Positions 1 to 8,600 of a DNA stretch of 64,000 bases are shown in pieces. Below the pieces are notes generated by a model. The model was not told the origin of the DNA, ran no database searches, and was given only the letters and a program-made list of their open reading frames with translations. The translations under genes were made by a program, and so were the position numbers. Origin of the DNA: Flavobacteriales bacterium (GTDB lineage: Bacteria; Bacteroidota; Bacteroidia; Flavobacteriales; UBA7430); assembly GCA_028110365.1 (NCBI GenBank), contig JAOGVT010000002.1, positions 19,180 to 83,179 on the forward strand, in the 5' to 3' direction. Positions within the stretch are counted from its first letter, which is position 1, and the number at the start of each line of letters is the position of its first letter.

Positions 1-837
1 GCCCTCATTCCCAATATCCACACGATTCGATTTCTCTTCTACCTTTTGTGTTATGAAGTAAGTTCCATTGTAGAGCCCATTGATGTAAACTTCAGCAAAC
101 TCTCCTAGAGGTGTCCAATTTAAGGTGGAGGCATAGCCCATTTCTAAGGCAATGGCGTTGCGAAGCATTGTCTTATCGGAATGCTCAGCCAAGAAGAGCC
201 ACTTTTTATCGTTTGGCATTCCTAAAAACTCAGCTTTATCATCCAATTTCATTTGATAAGGTTTTTTTGGATGTGTTACCCATGTGGAGTTCCCTCTACC
301 TCTAATTTTCATAGAAAGAGAATCAAGACCAGAGAGTAAAGAATCACCCTTTACGCTAAAGCCGCTCTCAACATTAACAGTACCCAATACATAAACATCT
401 GTGGAATTGATTAATTCTTGGTTTTCGGTATTGATGTACACAACAGGTAAATCAGTACTTACGGTACTTATTTGTTCACATACACTCCCATTACATACTT
501 CATTATAAGCACATGAATCGCACGGTAAAGCAACGAAACAAGGTGTTCCTCCGAAATTACTGCAGTCAGTTGGAGTAAACCATTCGTACCATGGAGAGTA
601 GGCCTCGGTATACATACAACCGTCGTAAGGGGCATCATTACAAGAGAAATAAGTACAGCGCGTATTACCCCACTCATCTTCTTCCTGAACAGTTGCCAGT
701 GGATTGTAGTTTATGGCATTCTGATCTAAACAACCCGAAATCATAGTTTCACCTTCATTAACCATCATAGAAGGTAATGCTAAGGTAAAGCCGTTCACTA
801 AAAAAAACAGTATTAAAGTATATTTAAGCTGTATCAT
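1..837 (-). CDS. CotH kinase family protein, secreted (N-terminal 279 codons; the 3' end lies beyond the left window edge)
   Basis: The minus-strand frame is open from the ATG at 837 to position 1 with no stop, which is why it is absent from the ORF track. My translation starts with a signal-like MIQLKYTLILFFLVNGFTLA. A Cys-rich stretch follows (GCLDQNAINYNPLATVQEEDEWGNTRCTYFSC...). Then comes MKIRGRGNSTWVTHPKKPYQMKLDDKAEFLGMPNDKKWLFLAEHSDKTMLRNAIALEMG, which matches the conserved N-terminal block of CotH as I remember it. Confidence 0.65.
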   Translation of the reverse strand, partial: MIQLKYTLILFFLVNGFTLALPSMMVNEGETMISGCLDQNAINYNPLATVQEEDEWGNTRCTYFSCNDAPYDGCMYTEAYSPWYEWFTPTDCSNFGGTPCFVALPCDSCAYNEVCNGSVCEQISTVSTDLPVVYINTENQELINSTDVYVLGTVNVESGFSVKGDSLLSGLDSLSMKIRGRGNSTWVTHPKKPYQMKLDDKAEFLGMPNDKKWLFLAEHSDKTMLRNAIALEMGYASTLNWTPLGEFAEVYINGLYNGTYFITQKVEEKSNRVDIGNEG

Positions 838-885
838 AATGAGTTGTATTTATAACATTGATCGTTATTAAAATTTTAAAAAAAA

Positions 886-916
886 CCGAAGAGCTGCATT
901 AGCATGAGATTTTCGG
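886..916 (-). terminator. Possible weak rho-independent terminator downstream of protease B
   Basis: ccgaa(886-890) pairs with ttcgg(912-916), with an inner tgc/gca pairing. An A-run at 876-885 gives a T-run on the minus strand. The stem is imperfect and the loop is large. Confidence 0.3.
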
Positions 917-950
917 AAATAGAGTCCGTTTTTTACTGAGCATAAAATGT

Positions 951-3900
951 TTACTGAACTCTTTTTTCTACGGTTCCATCGTTATAAACATGAAAAAGAA
1001 CTTTACCCTTACACGATTCACCATCAATTACTACCTGACCAAGTACATTGATCACTTTAACCAAAACTCTTGCGCCAGAAATTAATGGAGCGCTTCCAGC
1101 ATTTGTTACAATACTTGAGGCTACATTAATTTGATTGGTTGCGTAAAATGAAGATCCTTGCATCCAATCAGTTACTTCAACTATACTTTCTTGGTGGTTA
1201 GATACTATTTTAAATGAACTTACTTCGGTTACATCTAGCCCATCTTTTTTGGCTGTTAATGCATCGTCTCCCCAAACCGTTAATACGGTTACAGGACTTG
1301 TGTATTTTACAGACCCTACCCTAGTACCAAAAGAGTCGTAAGCAGTTATTTCTGCACCTTCTTTAGGGAGTGTATCCCAGCAAGCATCAGGCATTACAAT
1401 TACCATATTGTTATCTGTAATTGAGGTTTTTTTGAAGTAAGATGAGCTGTTTTTGGTAATGTCTACAGAAGATATTCGGTACGAGTCTTCGTTAGAAAGG
1501 TAATTTAAAACAGCATCATTATTGATTTTTAATTGATACCCTTGTCCCGGAACGAAATCTCCGATGCCATTAAAGTTAAACTCTGGTAAGTAGGTATTAC
1601 CGGCGTAATCTTTTGCAATTATTAAATTACCAGAAGCACTTATGTCTGCTAGAACGGCAGAAGCGTCTGCAGGTTCAAGCCTGAGGTATCCAATCAGATT
1701 CCAACCAGCATCTAGGGCAATTGGATTTAATTCAGGAGTCACATAAACGCCTTCTAAAGTAATATTAAAGGCGTTGTACGTCTTGATATAATAACCTTGC
1801 TCTGACTGTAAATCTCCAATATTATTAAAATTAAATTCTGGCAGATAAGTATCACCTGTATTATTTTTTACAATAATTACATCGGCACTAAATGGATTAA
1901 AAATATCCATGAGATCGGTTGGATTGGATTGGATATAACTTGAAAATAGAGACCAACCAGAAGGCAATTCAATTAATTGATTGGTTATTTGCTGAGGGTA
2001 CTCACAAGAGTTGTCATCTTGAGTAGCGGTAGGATTGAAGTTTAGAGCAGTTGTGTCTGTACAACCCAAAATTTCTACGATTGTAAAATCTATACAAACT
2101 TCTAATGTGGCTTGCAAACCAGAACTTAAAGTACCAGAAATGATTTCATTATTTTGTGCATCACTTATAGTGACAACTGCACCATTCCAACCATCGCCAT
2201 ACGAATCAATCATTGTAAATGTATGACAGCCAGAAGCCAAACATATTTGAGAGAAACCAACGGTTCCAGAATATTCATTAACCGACCAAGTGACTTCACT
2301 TGGGAATTCTCCCTGTGAAAGTTGAACAAACACAATATTAGATGAAGAACAATTTATAGCCTCTTGACATGTTCCGTTGTCTGAAACCGCGTCTGGATTA
2401 AAGTTAATAGCTAAAGAATCGGTACATCCAGACACTGGATAATTACAGCTATTATTTGATGCATTTGCATTGCTATCGTAATTGAGTGCTAAAGAGTCGG
2501 TGCAGCCGAATATAGGACCACATTCTCCCGAGTAATTAAGCGAATAAAAGCCGGTCTGATTTCCATCGCCAGAAATAACTGTGTTTTGATTTGCATCTAT
2601 AAGATCCCATGTGATTTCGTTAGCCCATTGGCCTCCAACTGTAAACACATTACAACCGTCGTTTAAACAAAAAGAAGCACTCGCTTGCGAAAGAGAACCT
2701 AAAAATAAATACGACAATACATCACCATTACTTTGAGAGATACTGAGCTCATTTGTATGTTCGCCGTAAGGCCAAGAATCAGTCATCATAAGAACATAAG
2801 GGGTCCCAAACTCACATTCAATTGGAACGATGCAAGAGCCATCATTTGCATTTGCATTTGCCTCATAATTAAAGGCCAATGGATTCGTACAGCCAGCGAT
2901 ACAAGAATCTAAAGTATTTAAAGCAAAATTATAAATGCCCGCATTATTCTCATTTATAGATTCATAAAACAAAACTTCATGAGCTGTATTGGTTATCTGT
3001 ACATCAACATCAAACCAGTTATCGGTTTGAATTCCATTTTCATCAAATGTATTGATGTTAAAAGCATGACAGCCGTCTTGTAAACAAACCGGAGAGGCTC
3101 CGGCCTCTCCGTAAAACCCACTCATAGACCAGGCTACATCGTCAATATAATCTCCTGTAATTTCGACTTGCAAGCGAGTCAATCCTTCACATTCTACTTT
3201 ACTACAAGAACCGTCGTCAGTATTCGCTTCTGGAGAAAAATTAAGCACAAGAGAGTCGGTACAACCTAAAATAGGGTAAATGCAACTTCCGTCTTCAGCT
3301 GTAGCAAGAATAATGTAATTAAGAGCTAATGAATCGGTACATCCAGAAGTAAAAGAGCAAGAGTCTTGATTTAATGAAAAAGTCAAAGAACCTACATTTG
3401 TATTCTCCAAAGTACCTAAGCCGAGTAACTGACCACCACTGGCAAGGATTGTAACTTCTGCCCCGCCCCAACCAAGTTGAGAAGAATCAAGCCAAGAAGG
3501 AGCTTGAGATGTATCGCTATACATATTGTAAATATAGCATCCATCGGCCAAACAAAATTGACCTTGTTGAAGATCAAATGGGTAAGAATCTCCTTCAATT
3601 CCATTCATTTCCCATGAAATTAGGTAATTGTAATCTCCACCAGTAAATTGCATAAATGCAGTGGTAGAGTCTCCACAATCTAGTATTGGCAAGTGGCAAA
3701 AGCCGTCGTCTTGATTGGCTAATACATTGTAATTAAATGCAATAGGATTTGTACAACCGTACACAAAATCGCAATCAGAAGCAACATCAACTTCAATTGT
3801 TCCATTAAAGCCATCGTCTAAGGTAGCGTAGAGCAATTGTTCGCCATCCACAGTCGTTATAGTTGCAGTTACGTCTCCTAACCAACCAGGTCCGGTAAAA

Positions 3901-5513
3901 GTGGACATCGTAAAGGTGTGACAGCCTGGCTGAACACAAATTAACTTTTCTTCTCCTGCATTTCCTTCAAACCCTTCAAACTCCCATGAAATAGACTGTG
4001 TAAGATATTCCGTGTAAGCCGCATTTACGTTTACTGATAACAGCGTGGCTCCAATACAATCGGTGTCATAAAAACAAGACCCGTCGCTAAGAACAGCTAA
4101 ACTATCAAAATTATATGCAGAAACATCTGTACAACCCTGAATTGGATAAATACAAGAGGCGTCGTAAGAGTTTACTAGCGCATCGTAATTAAGAGCCAAT
4201 GTATCGTAGCAGCCATAAATTGGAGCACATTCGGAATTAACATTAATAAGTAAGCTACCACCTTGGCCTTGATCAAGATACATTTGAGCTAAAATTGAAT
4301 CTTCTTGACTTATCGTGTAATTGTAACCCAGCCAAGGACCAGCTCCGTCTTTAATGATATAAAAAGTGTGACATCCCTCTTCTAAACAAACGTCATAGGA
4401 ACCTCTAATCCCTTCGTAATCTCCTAATTGCCATTGCGCAGGGGAAGCAGAAACAACATCTTCTACTTCTACGTGAATCTTTTCACCAGACAAACATTCA
4501 CCGTAACAATCGAATCCAAATAAAGGGGCAGGTTCGCAAGCACCACATTCATTCGTAGTGTAACAAAATCCATGATCAAATAATGCTTCAGCGTCAAAAT
4601 TACATGCTGTTTCGTCCATACATCCATAGTCAGATGTTACTTCTGCATTGTGAAAAATCCATTCTAAATAAAAAGATACCGTAGTATATCCCATCGGATA
4701 CTGAGGCATACCAGGGGTGTATCCGCCAGAGGTAACACCAACCAAAAGCCAATCTGTACTGTCGGCATTAGGCACGACTAATGGCCCTCCTGAATCTCCA
4801 GAAGCTGCAGATAAACCCCCATTTTCTAAATCTCCCGCATAAATAGTGGTACCATCGTATAACTCAAGCTCTAAGCCCAAAAGACAACCGTATTCTCCAG
4901 CAAACCCATTTGGATCTGTTGCAGCTCCACAAGCTACTTCATTAGAAACGATTGGCACTTCAATCATCTGTAATTGAGTTGCTTCTATGGTATCATTTAA
5001 ATAAGCAGAAGTCGAAACTCCCCAACCAGTGGATGTAGCTAGTACTCCAGGATCTTGAAGTCCGTTTAAAACATCTGAAGCTGAGATTAGACTAATAGGA
5101 GCTATATTTTCAGAAAAGTTAAACGATCCTTCAATTTGAATTAAAGCAATGTCGTTGTGTAGCCACTGATCGTCGTAATCTGGATGCGAAATAATTTGAA
5201 CCACATCATAAGATTCACCTGAATAAGACCAATTATCTGAGGATCCAGCATTTATGGTATAGGTACTAGCATCACCTGCTCCATCAACACAATGTGCGGC
5301 AGTTAAAACCCATGAATCTCCAATGATTGAACCGCCACACATGCTCCCAAAATCTGGCCCCTCGTAGGCAACAGCTACTTGCCATGGGTAGGAACTTATC
5401 TCTACATCTTCCCCACCCACAATTCTACTTTGTGCAACAGAATAAAAAGTTGATAGAAAAATAAAATAGCTAAATGATTGAATTACTAAATTAATCGGGA
5501 GGAGATTTTTCAT
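951..5513 (-). CDS. Giant secreted S1A (trypsin-fold) serine protease, paralogue B, with a Cys-rich module array and a T9SS-CTD-like C-terminus
   Basis: 1520-aa ORF with a signal peptide (...FYSVAQSR). The S1A motifs are IVGG (aa 31), WVLTAAHC (His74), HNDIAL (Asp121) and GDSGGP (Ser241, nt 4791-4793). It has 10 copies of the motif GC[TY][DN]xxAxN[YF]...D[GN]SC. The tail is conserved with the upstream paralogue and ends ...VLVKVINVLGQVV...VLFHVYNDGTVEKRVQ. Confidence 0.9.
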   Translation of the reverse strand: MKNLLPINLVIQSFSYFIFLSTFYSVAQSRIVGGEDVEISSYPWQVAVAYEGPDFGSMCGGSIIGDSWVLTAAHCVDGAGDASTYTINAGSSDNWSYSGESYDVVQIISHPDYDDQWLHNDIALIQIEGSFNFSENIAPISLISASDVLNGLQDPGVLATSTGWGVSTSAYLNDTIEATQLQMIEVPIVSNEVACGAATDPNGFAGEYGCLLGLELELYDGTTIYAGDLENGGLSAASGDSGGPLVVPNADSTDWLLVGVTSGGYTPGMPQYPMGYTTVSFYLEWIFHNAEVTSDYGCMDETACNFDAEALFDHGFCYTTNECGACEPAPLFGFDCYGECLSGEKIHVEVEDVVSASPAQWQLGDYEGIRGSYDVCLEEGCHTFYIIKDGAGPWLGYNYTISQEDSILAQMYLDQGQGGSLLINVNSECAPIYGCYDTLALNYDALVNSYDASCIYPIQGCTDVSAYNFDSLAVLSDGSCFYDTDCIGATLLSVNVNAAYTEYLTQSISWEFEGFEGNAGEEKLICVQPGCHTFTMSTFTGPGWLGDVTATITTVDGEQLLYATLDDGFNGTIEVDVASDCDFVYGCTNPIAFNYNVLANQDDGFCHLPILDCGDSTTAFMQFTGGDYNYLISWEMNGIEGDSYPFDLQQGQFCLADGCYIYNMYSDTSQAPSWLDSSQLGWGGAEVTILASGGQLLGLGTLENTNVGSLTFSLNQDSCSFTSGCTDSLALNYIILATAEDGSCIYPILGCTDSLVLNFSPEANTDDGSCSKVECEGLTRLQVEITGDYIDDVAWSMSGFYGEAGASPVCLQDGCHAFNINTFDENGIQTDNWFDVDVQITNTAHEVLFYESINENNAGIYNFALNTLDSCIAGCTNPLAFNYEANANANDGSCIVPIECEFGTPYVLMMTDSWPYGEHTNELSISQSNGDVLSYLFLGSLSQASASFCLNDGCNVFTVGGQWANEITWDLIDANQNTVISGDGNQTGFYSLNYSGECGPIFGCTDSLALNYDSNANASNNSCNYPVSGCTDSLAINFNPDAVSDNGTCQEAINCSSSNIVFVQLSQGEFPSEVTWSVNEYSGTVGFSQICLASGCHTFTMIDSYGDGWNGAVVTISDAQNNEIISGTLSSGLQATLEVCIDFTIVEILGCTDTTALNFNPTATQDDNSCEYPQQITNQLIELPSGWSLFSSYIQSNPTDLMDIFNPFSADVIIVKNNTGDTYLPEFNFNNIGDLQSEQGYYIKTYNAFNITLEGVYVTPELNPIALDAGWNLIGYLRLEPADASAVLADISASGNLIIAKDYAGNTYLPEFNFNGIGDFVPGQGYQLKINNDAVLNYLSNEDSYRISSVDITKNSSSYFKKTSITDNNMVIVMPDACWDTLPKEGAEITAYDSFGTRVGSVKYTSPVTVLTVWGDDALTAKKDGLDVTEVSSFKIVSNHQESIVEVTDWMQGSSFYATNQINVASSIVTNAGSAPLISGARVLVKVINVLGQVVIDGESCKGKVLFHVYNDGTVEKRVQ
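1995..4628 (-). repeat. In-frame module array of protease B: 10 two-Cys ~24-aa motifs alternating with degenerate W-rich ~45-aa units
   Basis: I counted the motifs in the translation, from YGCMDETACNFDAEALFDHGFC to LGCTDTTALNFNPTATQDDNSCEYP. Only the last intervening unit keeps the canonical DSYGDGWNG. Confidence 0.7.
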
Positions 5514-5534
5514 GTACTAATTTTAAATTTGTAG

Positions 5535-5542
5535 CAAATATA
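5535..5542 (-). promoter_or_regulatory. Bacteroidota-type -7 promoter box (TATATTTG on the minus strand) for protease B
   Basis: Plus-strand caaatata is TATATTTG in reverse complement and fits the TAnnTTTG consensus. It lies 22 nt upstream of the ATG at 5513 and downstream of the inter-paralogue hairpin. Confidence 0.4.
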
Positions 5543-5559
5543 CAAAACATAAATACCAT

Positions 5560-5594
5560 AAAAAAAGAGGCTCCATCGCTGAAAGCCTCTTTTT
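5560..5594 (-). terminator. Rho-independent terminator between the two giant protease genes
   Basis: The stem agaggct(5566-5572)/agcctct(5584-5590) has an 11-nt loop. It is flanked by an A-run on the left and a T-run on the right, so it can act in both directions. It sits 22 nt after the stop codon of protease A. Confidence 0.55.
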
Positions 5595-5615
5595 ATAATA
5601 CTATTATATGGTAAC

Positions 5616-8600
5616 TTATTTAACCATTTTTTCTACGGTTCCGTCGTTGTAAACATTAAAGAGAACTTCTCCAGTAAAAGAGTCATCAACAACTACTTCC
5701 TGACCAAGTACATTGATTACTTTAACCAAAACTCTTCCGCTTGAAATTAAAGCAACGCTTGAGGTATTTGTTACAATACTTGAAGCTACATTAATTTCAT
5801 TGGTTGTATAAGTTGAAGAACCTTCAACCCATTTGGTAACTTCAAATGTATTTGTTTGATTGTTAGACCATAGTTTAAATGAACTTACTTCAGTTGCATT
5901 TAGTCCATCTTTAGAGCTTGTTAAAGCATCGTCTCCCCAAACTGTTAATACGGTTACAGGACTGGTGTATTTAGCAGAACCTACAAGGGTACCATAAGCA
6001 TCGAAAGCAGCTATTTCAGCGCCATCTTTAGGAAGTACATCCCAACTTGCGTCGTCAATTACAACAGTCATATTGTTATCCGTACGCAGGGCTCTTTCAA
6101 AGTGAGATGAATAATTATTAGTTACACCTATTGAAGAAACTCGGTAAGACTCTTCGTTAGAAAGATAATTTAAAACATCATCGTTAGTTACTTTTAATTG
6201 ATATCCTTGCCCAGAAACAAAGTCTCCAATTCCGTTAAAGTTAAACTCAGGTAAATAAGCGTTACCCGCAAAGTCTTTTGCAATTACTAAATTACCCGAA
6301 GAATTGATGTCAGAGAGAACAGCAGAAGCATCTGCAGGCTCAAGTCTAATGTATCCAATCATATTCCAACCAGCAGTTAAGATTGTAGGGTTTTCCTCTG
6401 GAGCAAGATATTCCCCTTCTGCTGTAATGGTAATTTCATTACGCAATTTGATTTGGTATCCCTGACCTAATTCAACATCTCCAATTCCATTAAAACCATA
6501 TTCGGGAAGGTAAGCAGCGCCAGCATTGTTTTTACAAATTATAATCTGGTCAAAAATAGAGCTTAATAAAGTTACCAAGTCCATACTTTCAAAAGTCAAA
6601 TAGGTAGAGAATATGGACCATCCAAATGGCATATCCATAGTTTGATCGGAAACAGAAGAAATCGAAGTTAAAGTGGAAAGTGCAGAGATCCCGTTGGTAA
6701 TATAGTTCCCTTGGTTAGACATCATCGCCTCATATTCTGCATTGGCCATATAAGCTAATCCTTCTGATGTATCCCAAACCATCCAAACAAATGCTTCGTT
6801 TGATGAAAAGCCATCTATTTCATCTGTAGTTGTATCATCACCTTGAGCGGCAATAAGATTTGTGGAACCAGTCCAAGTTGCCATACCACCACACTGTAAA
6901 TCTCCATTTTCATCAGAATAGAACACACCAAGTACATCTCCGATCTCAATTTCTACATCCCCTAAATCAATCTGAGCAGCACCATCAATAACTAATGTGT
7001 GGTTAGATCCAGTTACCATTACTTCCCAAGGAATATCAACTCCAGGATTATCGCCATCACATGATGTTGTAAAATCAAATGTAGCTTCTTGTCCTTGTTC
7101 CATTCCTCCTGAGGCTAGTTCACATGAAAGGTCATCAGATAAAATTGAGAATGTTCCTCCATTCCATCCGTCACCATAGGAATCCGATAAAATAATTGAA
7201 TAAGAAGTATTTGATTCTAAACAAAGTTCAACGTCAACAACAGAATTGTCAGAGTACTGACCATCTGTGTACAACATCAAGCCACTTTCATCGGTAACTG
7301 ACCATGAGTGCTCGTCACCAAAAGAAGCATTGTTTACGACAAGTAAAGCAGGGTATCCCTCACAATTCACAGGGTACTCACAAGAACCATCATCTTGTGT
7401 AGCTGCTAAATTGTAATTCAAGGCTGAAATATCTGTACATCCAAGTATTGGATCAACAATAATTTCACATTCACCAGCGTATACTGATTCAACTCCAGCA
7501 CAACTTGCATGGCAAGAACTTGAGTAAGTTATCCCATCAAATCCACAAACAGGATCGTAAATTTCAGGGCATACACAGCCGTATTCACATGAGCCATCGT
7601 CTATAGTAGCCGTATTGTCAAAGTTTAAAGCTGAAGGGTCTGTACAGCCATAAACGTATCCACATTCGGCATTTAAAGAGAATAACATGTCCCCAGAATA
7701 CCCAGCTTGTAATGTACCCGTTAATAATTCCTCTCCTGTAGATGTCGTAATCGTTACTATTGAACCATTCCAACCGTCTCCATAAGAATCTATCATAATA
7801 AATGTATGACATCCATCCTCTAAGCAATATTGTGTTGCCCCAACTTCACCTGGGAAATCGTTTAACTGCCAGGAAACTTCTTGACTATAAAATCCAGCCG
7901 TAACATCAATTACAACAAGTGTTAATCCTTCACAATCAATAGGATATTCACATGAAGCATCATCTTGAACTGCATCTGGGTTATAATTTAAAGCAAGAGA
8001 ATCTGTACAACCAACAACAGGATAAGTACATGAATTATCGTCTGCTGTAGCTGCTGGGTTAAAGTTTAAGGCTAAAGAATCGGTACAACCGTATATCAAA
8101 CCACATTCACCTTCAAAATTTAAGGCTAGTGAAGATTCGTATGGAGCATTTCCAGACAACACAACGGCTCCGTCTTGATTAACAAGATCCCAAGAAACTT
8201 CACTTTGCCATGAACCACCATCTACAGTAATTACATAACACCCATCGTTTAAACAGAAGCTAGCAACTCCTTCGCTTTCCGAACCTAATAAGGTAGCAGA
8301 AGCGATCTCTTGTCCGTTTGAAGATGCAGTAAATGCATTTCCATTCCAACCATCACCATAAGAATCGTACATCATTAAAGTTAAAGAGTTTGCAGTGTCA
8401 CAATCTTGAGGGTAAACACAAGAACCATCGTCTCCAACAGCAAGCTCGTTGTAATTGAAGGCTAATGAATCCATACAACCTGAAACTGGATAAGTACAAG
8501 AACCATCATTTGAGGTTGCTTCGACATCAAAGTTTAAGGCTAATGTATCGGTACACCCTAAAACAGGCCCACATTGTTCATCTGTATTTAAGCCAAAGCT

